DNA from: Geosiphon pyriformis uo1
Taxonomy: Eukaryota; Fungi; Glomeromycota
Length of the DNA stretch: 64,000 nucleotides
Reading direction: 5' to 3'
Assembly: GCA_016748015.1 (NCBI GenBank)
Contig: JAAOMT010000697.1
Coordinates: 1,011,152 to 1,075,151 of the forward strand
Of this stretch, positions 37,601 through 50,764 are shown in pieces (position 1 is the stretch's first letter; each line of letters starts with the position of its first letter). Under the pieces are notes generated by a model. It did not search any database. It was given only the letters and a program-made list of their open reading frames with translations, and had not been told where the DNA came from. The translations under genes and the position numbers were made by a program.

Positions 37601-40600
37601 GAAACTGACCTGGGAAACAGACGATTTGACCTGGACTGACAATGAACAGGAAAAACCATCGAGTTGGGAGTGGAAAAAAAAAAAGAGAAAAAGAAAAGAA
37701 AGGGAGAAAGAAAACACTCAAGCCAACAACACTTATATTCCATACACCTACAGTTAACAACAATCATTGACCTATCGCTAACCCAAACTAATATGCGTTG
37801 ATTATGGTAAGAAATTGTTATCAATGGGCACATGCTGTGACAACGATGAAGAATATCAGACAGCAACCAAGTTCTATTACCATGCATGCTATGTCAAATG
37901 TTTTGAAAGACCAAAACAAGTAAAAAAATGGGATAATACACCATGTATAGCCTGTAAAGAAACTCTCTTCGACAAAGGAATGTGGAATGACATTCCGGGG
38001 AGAGGAGAAACGTGCGACGTGTCCTGCCAATACACGATCCTCATCAGCGACTGAGTCGAGAAAGGAACACCTATAAAAGCTGTCTGGAGAAGAGCTGTAC
38101 AGTGATTGGACAGTTGTCCACATGATGATAATGAATTATGGTGAATAGCAATCGCCAAAATTGAAGGTGCATTACCAGAAGAAATCAGGATAATTAAAAA
38201 CAACCCACCAGAACCCATCAAGCTTGACTGGAACGCAGAGCCAGTCATAAATTTTCTGGAACCAGAAGAGTTCTATGAACACTACCAAAACTTGGCACTC
38301 ACTAGAAAAGAGCAAAAATAATGGCTAGCACAGTTGAATACAAGACTGTGTTGCCATTGTTTAATTCTCAGTGACTTTGAATATTGTGATAATTGTGACC
38401 TCATTTACAATCCACTATCATGCATGATCTACACGATTCCTGAAGAAGAAGAACCAATCAGCAGCTGTACATTGAAATCAAAATCGCTGATCAATCGCGA
38501 TCCAGACTCCGATGATAATGACGAAAACACCAGTTCCAGCTCTGTTCAAAATGGCAATAACAACAAAGACGATTCAAACTCAGATTCAAACTCCAATTTA
38601 AACTATGAACAATACATTGCACTACCAGATCTCTCCAAGAAACAAGAATTGAAATAGTATAGTGACAATGGGGAAGGTATTATGCCAGAACATGCGCACA
38701 ATACTGATGCAGGATTTGATTTGAGATATCCAGGAACAGAAGCCATCAAATTGGAACCACATATGCACACCTGTATCGATTTGAAAGTAGCACTGGAAAT
38801 TCCAGCAACAACAATGGTTCAATTAACATCTAGGAGTAGTCTAGCGAAAAGAGTGATTAATATAAAAGGAGAAATAATTAACACGGAATATATAGGAAAC
38901 ATCATCACTATGCTACAAAATGACTCAGACAAGGCCTATGTAATAGAGCCCAATGAAAAGATAGCACAGACAATATTCCTGCCTCTGGTTAGAGTAGCTT
39001 AGTTAGTATCAGTGGGAAAGAGGGAGAAATTAGAAATAACAGCAAGAAGAATACAGGGATTCGGATCAACGGGTAGAATAGATGTACCAGTTAATATGGC
39101 AGAGGAAGAAATTGTTGGCCAAGGAGAAATTATCTCAACCAGTCAAGCTATTTCCATTTCACCATATAACCAGTACACACTAGCAATAGAAAGGAAGGAA
39201 AAAGACCAAGCACAAATTTTTGAAGCAGAAGCCAGTCTTTATGAATCAGGAGAAATTGGACTTATCAATCTCCATATACCAGCCAAAGATTACAGCCACA
39301 TCAAAATTTCCATCTATAACAATACAGAAAATATAGTAGAAATACCAGCCAGAACCATTATTGGATACTTGAACACTGAAATGGAGGATCAACCACCAAC
39401 TCCCATTCCAGACTTTCCATAACTTTGTGGATATGTTGATATTATATCACAAACAATATACAGACAAAGTGAATGTTATTTGCTCTAACCAGAACAATTG
39501 GAACAAATGAACATGGGAAACTTAGATCTACTCCAACGTATGCAACTCAAGATGTTGCTCAACCAGTTCAATAACATCTTTGCCAGCAAAAATGAGTTTG
39601 GCCAAACTAACATCATCCAGCATCAGATCAAGACTGAAGATGCAATGCCAATTAAACAAAGAGCATACAGAGTGCCACCAGTTAGCAAGATTATTTGTCA
39701 AGAGATAAACCAAATGCTTAACAATGGGCTAATTCAGCCATCCATAAGCCCATGGTCATCACCAGTGGTACTCGTCCATAAGAAGAATAGAAAGATCTGA
39801 TTTTGTGTGGACTACAGAAAATTCAATGGTGTAACTCATGGAGACAGCTATTCAACTTCACAGATACAGGAATTATTTGATGCTTTAGAAACAAATAGTT
39901 CTCAACATTGGACTTAGATAGTGGTTACTGGCAAGTAGCCATGGATCCAGCCAACAAAGAGAAGACGGCATTCACCACGAGAGAAGAGAATTTTGAATTT
40001 GAAGTAATGCCATTCAGTTTAACCAATGCACCAGCCACTTTCCAATGGCTAATGGAAATCATCTATACTGGCTTATTGTGGAAATCAGTAGTTGTATACT
40101 TGGATGACACCAATGTATTCTCAAAAACATTTGATGATCATCTTTATCATCTTCAACAAGTGTTCAAAAGACTAAAAAGAGCAAAGCTAAAGTTAAATGC
40201 AACAAAGTGCTTCTTTGGCAAGACAGAGCTAAAATTCTTGGGACACATAGTCAGCAAAGATGGCATCAAAACAGACTCAGAAAAAATAGAGATAGTAAAG
40301 AACTTTCCAGTGCCAACTAATATGACAGAACTGAAATTATTCTTGGAATTTGCCAGCTATTATTGACGTTTTATCAAGAACTTTTCCAAAATAGTGCAGC
40401 CACTCAACCAACTGCAAACCAAGAATACCAAATATGAATGGACAGAAAGTCAACAAGAAGCTTTTGACATTTTGAAAAGAAAGCTCATTCAAGCTCCAGT
40501 ACTGATTTATCCAGATTACAGCAAACTATTTATTATCACCACTGATGCATCTGGCCAAGCATTGGGAGCAGTATTATCTCAGAGGGGACCAGATAACAGA

Positions 40601-42330
40601 AAACATCCAGTAGCATATTCCAGTAGAGATTTAATGCCAGCCGAAAAGAACTATAAAACACTGGAACAAGAACACTTAGCAATATACTGGGCAGTCATGA
40701 AATGGAAAGAATACTTGAGCCAGAAGTTTGAAGTATACACAGACCACAAGGGATTAACATCACTCCAAAAACAAGAATTTGGAGATGGAAGACAGTCAAG
40801 ATAGAAAATGGCACTCGCACTATACAATTATACTATACATTACAAAAAGGGAAAAGACAACAGAAATCCTGACGGTTTATCGCGAATAAGACAAATCTAA
40901 GAATATTTTAACCCAAAAATATAATAAAACCAGAACAATACCAACAAAAAATACAACAAAAAGATGAACATACAAAAATGTCAACAATTGCAACATTATC
41001 TAAACACTCAACAGTTCAAGGAGAATTTATCTCAAATGGAACAAAAGAGGATCAAACAACAATCAAAATATTTTATCACTTATCAAAATATACTTTATCA
41101 GAAAAATAGGAGGGATTCAGATCAGCCAATCAGAGTAATTACAGAGCCAGAGAAAAAGACAATATTATTTAATATGCACTCAAATCCAACAGCCAGACAT
41201 TTTTACAAAGAAGCAACCATAGAAAGAACCAGAAAAAGATACTATTGGCCATCAATATATCCAAACATCATCCAATATGTTCAAAATTGTGATGCTTGTC
41301 AGCGAAGAGAAGGAACAAGACCCAGTAAACCATTAAGACCAATCAAAATGAAACAACCATTCGACCGGATTGGAATTGATTTAGTTGGACCATTAACAAT
41401 CACCAACAGAGGAAACAGATATATAGCAGTAGCTATGGACTATCTCACTAAATGGCCAGAGGCAAAAGCAATGCAAAGAGCGGATGCAGAATCCGTTGCC
41501 GAATTCATTCATCAAGATTTAATTTGTCGACACGGATGTCCAAAGGAATTATTATCAGACCAAGGAACTCATTTTGTGAACAGAACATTAATAGAATTGA
41601 GCCAAAAATTCAGAATTAAGAGACCATTATTATCACCATACCATCCACAAACCAATGGATTAGTTGAAAGATTCAACAGAACATTGTGTGAAGCAATTGC
41701 CAAACTCAGCCAAGAAAACCAAGACGAATGAGATTTGTTCATACCATCAGTATTATTTGCTTATCAGACAATGAAGCAAGATACTACACAAGCAACACTA
41801 TTCGAATTAGTATACAGTAGAACAGCAATATTACCAGTAAAGAGAGAAATTAATACATATCCAGCTGAACCAATAACAGAAGAGAATTTTCAAGAAACAT
41901 TGCTAAGAAGAACATATGACTTAATGGAAACATTGGAAAACAAACAAAGAAAAGCAGCTAATAATATTCAAAAGTCACAAGAGAAACAGAAAAAAAAACA
42001 TGATAGTCAACTACTAAACAAGCCAGTTGAATTCAAGATTGGAGACAAAGTACTCTTATATTGTACCAAAGTGGAAAAACAATGGAGTGGAAAATTTGAC
42101 CCCAAATAGGATGGGCCATTTCACATAGAAAAAATTCTAAGAAATGGAGCTTACAAATTAAGACTGGATAACAAAATTTTAACCAAAGCAGTACATGGAG
42201 ATCAACTGAAACCATACCACAACATCATACTACCATCTATCAGTAATATTCCACAATTAGGAGTACAGAGAATACTAGTCCAATCAGATAAGATTCCACA
42301 AGATCTGGAACCAATAGTTATTATTGACAA
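34685..42330 (+). pseudogene. gag-pol remnants of Gypsy C
   Basis: Capsid (KLDNFTGEEDDAQVWLNDVEKAI, ~35710), CHYCGKQRHIQIDC knuckle (~36425), protease (LILNSSSAGSII, ~37115), Cys-rich region (37790-38420), dUTPase (38682-39075), RT (YLDD), RNase H and integrase (HHCC, DDE, GPF). Confidence 0.93.
38682..39075 (+). pseudogene. dUTPase domain within Gypsy C polyprotein
   Basis: Motifs DAGFDL, SRSSLA, (G)IIN(D)xxYxGNI, EKIAQ and R.xQGFGSTG. Confidence 0.92.
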
Positions 42331-42379
42331 CAACACGTTAAATTGATTCAGCAAAAAAATATATAAAGACACAGTAGAC

Positions 42380-43030
42380 ATGACAGAAAATATCAGAAAA
42401 ATGGAAATTACAGACAACATTTACTCACTAGCATAACAACTCTTTCAGTTGATCCAACACCAAGAAATGGAGATTACAATCAATCAACAAACCATTCGAT
42501 ATCAAGATACTAGAAAAATATTACAACTCAGAACACAGAAGAAAACTGAAAATATGGTGGACAAAATCATTGTGAAAGTAAAATTAGCAATAAGAGAGTC
42601 AACAAAAGAGGCACTATATCAAGAGTTGACTAAAGAAACTTGGAATTGGTGGATACAACAATTTCCAAGAAACTATTGTAATTTTTACTTGGGACAATAC
42701 ATAAATATCCAAAATCTATATATGGATAAAACAAAGCGATTATTCGACAAAAGAATACTACAACAATTAGAACATTTTGTGAAAAAGAACAACTTATCCA
42801 CACAGGTCCGAGCCATTTACCAAATACACACAGCATTTCAGAATAGACCAGAAATATTACTCAACAAAGCAATGAATATGGTTACCAGTAATCAATTGGG
42901 AAAGATCACCAATGCTCAATTTGAAGAATTACAGACCCAAATAACACAAGTAATTCTCGAAAATGAAATCCAGAAAATACTTCAAGAGGGGGAATTAAAT
43001 GAGTTGGATTTCGATGGAGCTCAATATTAA
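42380..43030 (+). pseudogene. Extra ORF3 (about 216 aa, unknown function), copy C
   Basis: Open from ATG 42380 with one CAA->TAA-type stop (ORF track 42449-43030). Homologous to 3380-4027. Confidence 0.82.
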
Positions 43031-43043
43031 AAGAAGGGAATAA

Positions 43044-43863
43044 TATTACTCATAGAAATATAAGAAATATATTAGCATGATTAGTAGCCAATTAGAAATA
43101 GGCATAATAAATGAAGAATTCCAGAATTCCTCTCAGGAATTGCAGAATTCCAGAAATTTCAGGATTCTCTGATGAGGAATTGCAGGATTCCAGGAATTCC
43201 AGAATTCCTGTCATAAAGAATTGAGGAATATTAATTATGTATATATAGCAGTAGGATTAGAAGCTAAAAAGACAGACCTCTCAGTTTTAGATTTAATCTA
43301 AGCAACATTCCAGTTCCCAATTATCAAATAAATAATTATTCCATATCTCAACCCATTCTCTACTATCAACACTTCATGTTGATAGTAATTGATACTTAAC
43401 CATGCTGAAACAATAGCTCTTGATCACAGCTATTGACGAGATACTAACATACTAAATTGCCTTGGCTTATTTTCTCTATTTTCTTTATTTTATTTTCTTT
43501 CTTTTTTTGATTTTGTTGTCATATGCTAATTGATTAAAAAATTAAGCACTGAGTTATTGACGTCAAGGATAGCCTGGTAAAAGACCCAGAAATAAGGGTA
43601 GAATTTTATATATTATCGGATAGCTTACCAGAAGGGCATGACTGCCAGACTAAATTTGGCCATCATGCTGAGAAAGAAATTGGGAAAACTCTTGAAAAAA
43701 TATATCTACCATTGACACTATTGAATCTCTGTCCATTATACAAAGGACTCCATCAAAACTTTCAGATACAACACTTGCAGAATCTCATTCACGGAAGTAG
43801 CTTTTGAGTACCAAGTTACAGGTTTGGTATTTAATTTAACAGCAGAAATAATCACCTGTAACA
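43044..43863 (+). repeat. 3' LTR of Gypsy C
   Basis: Preceded by PPT AAAAGAAGGGAA; repeat of the 5' LTR. Confidence 0.96.
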
Positions 43864-46800
43864 GCAGGTTTTTACATCTGGTTTGAATAAGAATTTTCTT
43901 GGTGTTGGTGTGGTGATTATTATGAACAATTTCTTGGCTTGACATGTTTCTAAAATTGAAGAGATGTCTGGTCATGTTATTTTGGTTCAGCTTCTTTTCA
44001 GAAACAAGCTTTTGGTTACAGTTTTAGGCTTATATGTTGGTGTCTCTGCTAAAACTAAATTTAGTCAAGTGGTTAAAGTTAACTCTTTTATTGCAAAAAC
44101 AGTTAATGCCAGTACTTTTGTGGTCTTAGATGGAAATTTTAATAAGAATGGATCTAAGAAAAGTGTGAGCTTTTGATTCTGTTTGGATTTGGGTTTGGTT
44201 AATTTACTTAAAAGTCATTATTTGGCTAAGACTTTTATATAAAACAATTCAAAGGGAGTTGAAAAAATTATTGACTACATTTTTGTCAATAAATGTCTAT
44301 TGTTAGCAATTGCTAATTATGGAGTTGCTTTTGCTTCTGATTTTTTCAATATTGATTACAAAGCAGTTATGGTATTAGTTGGTCTAAGTAGACTTTTGGA
44401 TTATCATTTGAATGATTTGTGTAAACAAGTTAACAGTGATTGTTAGAAGTTTAAGATTGCTAATGTAGATGTCTCCAAATAGGCTTATTTCAAAAAGTGT
44501 GTTTCTGTCAAGTTTTTTTCTGTAATTAGTGAGTTTTCATTTGCAAATACTGGTGAAGATCTTGATATTATGTGAAATTTGCTAAAGAAGATAATAGTAG
44601 ATTTGGCTGATAATGTTTTTTCTAAACTTTGGTTTTGCAATATTAACTGTTCTTTCAACAAACAATCTTCTAAGTTTTTCAAGCTAGAACTGCTGGTTGT
44701 CAAAGTGGTTAAGTCTTTTCAATCTGATAATTCTTTTAGGACTGACTTATTGCTTAGTGCTTAGTTAATTGCTAATAGAGTTAAGGCTTTGGAAATTCAG
44801 GACATGTTGAGTAATAATACTAGCAATGTGAATGTTTTTAGTTGCTTGTCCAAGATTTGAAAGAGTTACTATTATCCCAAAATACATGAATTTAAGACTG
44901 CTCAGTCTGTTGTTATTAAGTGTGTTATTAATAAGAAAATGGAAAATTTTTGCTCAAACAAAAACTGGATAATTAAAAGTATATTGGATAGATCATTTTG
45001 TAAAGTGGTTCTTAACTATTTAATTGTTAATAGTAAGCTGGTTTTGGATTCTGACAATGTTAAAAATAAAATTGATGCTATAATAGAGGAGTGGATCAGA
45101 AAGTGTTTATTTTCTGGGTTTTTGTCTAATATTTGGGCCCACTAATATGCTCCTTTACAGCATGTTAATAACAATACTTTTTCTGGTATCATGGCTGTTG
45201 TTGGTTTTGATGATTTGGTTCAAGTTGTTAAACACCTACCAAATAAAAAAGCTGCTGGTCTTAGTAATATTCCTAATAAATTGTGGAAGCATTGCAGTGA
45301 TAATGTTTTTAGGGGTTTTTTGGGCTTTTTGAATTTGTGTTTAAAGTTAAGTGCTGCTCTACTTTTGTAAAAGAGAACATGGGTTTCAATAATACTCAAA
45401 CTTTATGAATGAAATGGTATTTTGACAAATATTTATCCTATTGCACTAGTTGAAACTACTTGTAAGATTCTTTTTAAAATTCTTTTGGATCAGATCTTTT
45501 CTGTTTACAGCAAATTCAGTGTTTTCCATGGAGATAACTTCTTAGTCTTGAAGGGTACTTTAATGCAATCTCCTATTTTTGCAGTTGGTTCAGTAGTTAA
45601 AGATGCTTTAGAAAAGGGCAAAAAGATTTGGTTGGTTTTGTAAAATATGCACAAGACATATAATTTAGTTGTGTAGTATTACTTGAGAGCTAGTTTGCAG
45701 TGTATTAAAATGTACAAGAGATTTATTGAATTTTTTGGTGAAATTTATGAAGATAGATTGAACAGAATCATAACAAATTTTGGTCTTTTAGATGAATATT
45801 GGGTTTTTGATGATTTTAATCAAAGTGAAGTGTTTTCTCCTTTTCTTTAATGAATTTTTTATGACCTCTTTTTGTGTAAAGTCAAAAGACAGAAAAGTGT
45901 ATATGGTTACTAGTTTGATACCAAATTTGTGGCCAAGATGAAAAGGATTAATAACATGAGTGAAGTGACCTATTTTTTTGCAGCTAGAGCTTTTGTGAAT
46001 GATACTATTTGAATTGGGAATAGCCAATCTACTATGCAATTTATATTGGACATTGTTAGTGAGTTCTTTTTAATTAATGACATTTCAATCAATAATAACA
46101 AAACAGTTGCTATTTCTATTAATAGGAGAGTTAAAAATGCTGCTCTTAGAATTAGTAAGTTCTCTATTTCGATTGCCAAGTGTGGTGTATCTCACAGGTA
46201 CTTGGGTATTTTTTTGTCTACAAATGGTTTATTCAAATCTAGTTTGGCTAAGACTTAGTCTGATGTTAAGTTTTTTTCTAATATGGTATTGAGAAAAACA
46301 ATTTCAGATAAGCAGTTCTTATATTTGGTCTTGGCAGTTTTGCAGCCCATTGTTGGCTACCACACTCAGTTTAGTTTTGTCTTTTCTGCTGTTTGCCAGC
46401 ATTGGAATGCTATGATTAGGAAAAGTTTTAAGTTAAAAGCTAGACTGCCATGTGATTTTCCAAGTGAAGTGCTGTATTATTTTGTGTTGTACAGTCTAAA
46501 AATGTTCAAGCTGATTCAGGCTGAAGGAAAGTCAGCATCAGTTGTCATTTTTGCTAATACTTTTGGAATTCTTAGTTAGCTTTTTGAACATAGATTTTTG
46601 AATTTGCAGATTTTGGGCTGGGCTTCTCTGAACTCCTTGCAATATCTTGTGTAGTTGTGTATTAGTTCTTCAAACAATTTTTTGGCTGGGATTGTGCATG
46701 TTTTTTTGGACAATAGTATTTCTATGGCCAACAATCTGCCTTATGCTTTTTATTGTCTTGGCAAATTTTCTGTTTCAAAAGTCTTGAGGTCATCATTGTA

Positions 46801-49800
46801 TTATAATTATGTTAATTTCTTAAAAAGTTTTGGTATGGCTTTTTGTAATAGACTTTTAGACAAATATAGCAAAGTTTTGGATTGAAAGACATTCTGACAT
46901 TAGAAAAAATTAGACCTTAGAAGACCTGTGCCCTTTTGGTTTGTTTTGGTATCAAAATTTTTGCATAATGCTATGTTTACATTAGCATCTTCTAACAGAG
47001 ATTCTATGTTGAATATTAATAATATTTTGTTATCTAATCAGTTTTTTGATATTAAGAATGGCTTGTTTGAAATCCAGTTAAATACTTTTACTGTATATAT
47101 AAATGGTTTTTTGAAAAGTCTTGGTTTTGTTAATGTGGCTGAGAGTACTACTGCATTCTTTTCTGAAATTGATTTGGACATTAGAGTTCAGGTTGTTGGG
47201 CATTTGTTTTCTATAATAACTGAATTACAGGCTATTGCTTTGGCCTTAGAATACATGCTTTCTTTTTGTTTAGTGGTAGTGTGTTTTGACAGTTAGGCTA
47301 TTTTAAATATATGTGTCTCAGAATTGGAGTTGCCTGGTCCTGATTTTCATAATTGTTGTTGAATGGAGAAAAAACATATTGCAAATTTAATTGTTAATAA
47401 GGACATTTCTGTGGTTTGATTAAAGGTCAAAGATCACTTAGAAGTTCTGGATAATGTTTACATAGATGCTTTGGTGAGGAGAGCTACTTACTCTTCTTTG
47501 CTATTGCCAACTAATGCATGTAAATGCTTTATTGTGGCTAATAGTTTGCTGGTTTCTAGTAAATTTAGTCATTTTGTTTGGGACATTTTTAAGTCAATAA
47601 ATTGGGTGTGTTGGAAAATTGGTCCTAGTTCTAGAGTTTTAGGTGGCTTTTTAGTTCATGATATTGATTGAGTTTATACTGTGGCTGTTTAACATTCTAA
47701 TTCACATATGCTGTCAAGGTCTATAAGCAGAGCTTCTGCTGACTTGTGCACTTATTTTATGAAAGCTGTCTATAAAAGGCTACCTGTTGCTGTTAGAAAG
47801 AAGCTTTATAACAAATATTATCCTGGTGTTTTATGTTTGCATTATAATAAGGTTGAGTTTTCTGATCATGTGTTTACATATTGTAAAGAGTTTGTCTCTC
47901 ACAGGGTGATTTTGTTTAAGTGTATTTTATGTTGAAAGTTTCTGATTGGTTCTTGTTTTTTTGGCTCTTTTGTAATTGTAAAATTTTTTCTCTCATGTTT
48001 ATTTGATGTTGGTCTGTATGCTCTTTTCTACAAGGGCTTTGTGCTTGTGAAGTTGTTTGAGGAGACAGTGCAAATTTTTGATGATTATAAAAAAACTACT
48101 TGGATCTTAATTAATTTTGCATATGGTTTAGATATTTTATACCATTCTGAGTTGTAAAAATTTAGGTCTAGATTTAGAGTAAATATAAAGAAAAATAATT
48201 TAGTTGATGATTTAAAAGTGGTGTCTGTGATGTCTGTTGACTTATTGTTGGTCTTATTAGATGATATAACTAGATTGATTGGTATTGATGATGCATTTAG
48301 AATTAGTTTTGGTTTCCACAAATCTTGCTTGTTTTTTTTTGGCTTAGGTAATGAAGCTACTGTTCATATAGAAGCTTAGTGTTGTTTTGATTAGTTTGAA
48401 TAACTGGTTACATGTGATAAATGCATAAATTGTATCTAACTGAAATCCATAGTATTGACTTTGTATACTAGATAGTAATTGGACTACACTCATAAACATT
48501 AATAAAAAAAAATTAAATTAAATATGAAAAAATATAATAATTAATACAAAATAATATTCAACTTGTTATTAATTATAATAATTATAATAAAATATTGTTA
48601 TAATTAAAAAAGTTTATTAATTAGCATAAAAAATAACAGCTATATTTATTAAGTCATTATAAAATCAAAATTTTTAAGAATTTTCTAAAATTCAAGCCAA
48701 TAATATAAACAAAAAAATAAATCTAAACCAATTAAAAATTTGTTAGTTTTATTATGAAAAAAAATTCAAAAACTACATGTTATAAATTTATTACTGAAAA
48801 AAAAGAAAATTACATATATATATTTGTAATAAATATAGTTAACTAGAGCATAATAGCACAACTTGTTAAAATATTAAGTATTTATGCATTTTTTATTTAT
48901 ATATTTTTTTTATTTAATTACTCAATTTTATTATTTTTAATATTTAAATAATAGATAAAATTACATTAAATACATAATTACTTTTTTATTTAATTAAAAT
49001 TATTATGTATCATATTTTTTAATAATTAATTAAATAAATTTCTGCAATTTTCAGTTCAAGTCAAAGTAATTTTTCGAAATAGTTTTCGGAATAAAGTGTT
49101 CTATTTAGATTTATTCTTTTTATAATTTTTGATACTTTTAGCAATTTTAAAATTTTTTATATATTTTCAAATTTTTGGTATTATGTTATATTTTTAACTT
49201 TAATAAATACTAATAATAAGTTTTTATATTTTTTTTTATAAATAATAATACCAAGTTTTTGATTAATTTATTTATAAAAATTGCAATTTTTTTATTTTTA
49301 CATTATTTAATTTTTAATTTTTTTAATAGATAATTAATAATAATATAATTTTAATATTATTAAAGTTTTAAACACATTTGCAAAATATTAAATAATTGAT
49401 ACATAACTTAAATTTTTTAGAAATCAAATTTTTAGAATTTATGTATTTTTATTTTTTAATTGATTTACAAAAGCCATACTTATTTTTTTTAAAACTTTAA
49501 TGTATTTGTTGTATTTTAATATAGCCAAACATTTAATATTAATATGTTTAAACTACAAATAAAGAACCAAAAATAAATATTATTTATAGTAAGCTTTAAT
49601 TTTTTAAGCAAATATAATTGTTTTTATATTATTAAAAGTTTTAATTTGAATATTATTAATTACAATTTATTAATAATTATGTAATTTAATTATTATTTTT
49701 GACTTTTAATTATTTTTTGTTTTATTTTGTTATTTAAATTTTGTTATTTTGTAATGTAAACTTTAATAGAAAAAGTAATTTAAATAAATAATATTTAAGC

Positions 49801-50254
49801 AAAAATATATAATTATTATTAAATAAATAAATAAATAAATTATTAATATAATATTTTTAACTTTTTTTATTTAAATTTTCAATTAAATTCTATTAAAAAG
49901 CCTAAAATTAAGAATTTAATATAATCAAATATTAATTACACAATATTTTCAAAAAATTATTTAAAAAGCACCATATTTATTATAATTACGATATTATGTT
50001 TGTTTTTGATTAACTTGTATATATTGAAATTATATATTTTTTATTTTAATTAATAATAATTATCATTAATTATTAGCATTTATTATCAATTTTCAAATTT
50101 GCAGATTCCGGCCTCCATTTTTCAATGTCTTCGATTTCTTATGATGAGCAATTCGATTTTTTTATTTGGAATTGATGATTTTTCACAGGAATTAAAGATA
50201 AATATAACTAATTTTCCCCCTCGGATGGATTGTAACATATCAATAATAGGGAAT

Positions 50255-50760
50255 ACTAAGCATTACTATGTAACGCCTCAAATCCGTGAGAAAATGTCAC
50301 AGCCTTTCTGTATATTTCTGTCTGCAAGTGTAACATCTTTTGACGCATGCACACAATCGTCTTTTCTAACCTTCTGGCTTTAGCTTTCTTACGTTTTGAG
50401 GAGGTTATTAATTTATCTTACTTTGGGCAAAGGTCATCCATAAATTTGGGAACAATGGATTGATGTCACAAGAGCCTATTTTGTCTACATATTTTGTTGG
50501 GGAATACAATGTAAATGGAGTGCGAATGCCAGGATCCATGGAAACTGCATGAATTGAATGATCCGTTTGGGCTTGGCGAACTTGTCTTTGTATCTCGTAG
50601 ATCCAGGCAAATGTCCACTTGTTGGTTTGTCGACAATAAGTAAATCTATCACATGTGGTCTTGGCCACTTTTTATTTATGCGTTTTTTTCGAAGTGGAGA
50701 GCCATAAGGCATGCTTATCCTTAAAAACAAAGCATAAAAACGACATAAATAATGATATAA
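50255..50760 (-). pseudogene. Fanzor2/IS607-type TnpB nuclease relic (WED end, RuvC-I, bridge helix)
   Basis: RFTYCRQTNKWTFAWIYE...HAVSMDPGIRTPFTLYSPTKYVDKIGSCDI (DPG at 50528-50536). After a frameshift: MDDLCPK*DKLITSSKRKKAKARRLEKTIVCMRQKMLHLQTEIYRKAVTF. Confidence 0.8.
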
Positions 50761-50764
50761 AAAA

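Larger units (their letters stand above)
33832..43863 (+). mobile_element. Complete (degenerate) Ty3/Gypsy LTR retrotransposon, copy C
   Basis: Two LTRs, GCAG TSD (33828-33831 and 43864-43867), PBS and PPT. Domain order gag-PR-Cys-rich-dUTPase-RT-RH-IN-ORF3. Confidence 0.97.
31659..48510 (+). mobile_element. LINE copy D, full length, heavily mutated, interrupted by Gypsy C
   Basis: ORF1 ends 33655. ORF2 runs 33652-33831 and resumes 43868-48379, followed by the 3' UTR and a short A tail. Confidence 0.9.

Noticed and set aside
42230-42340. Chromodomain at the integrase C-terminus
   Set aside because: No aromatic cage or YLVKW-type motif follows the GPF module.
50100-50255. omegaRNA or right end of the IS607/Fanzor relic
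   Set aside because: TnpB similarity stops before RuvC-II, and no convincing structured end is visible in a single copy.
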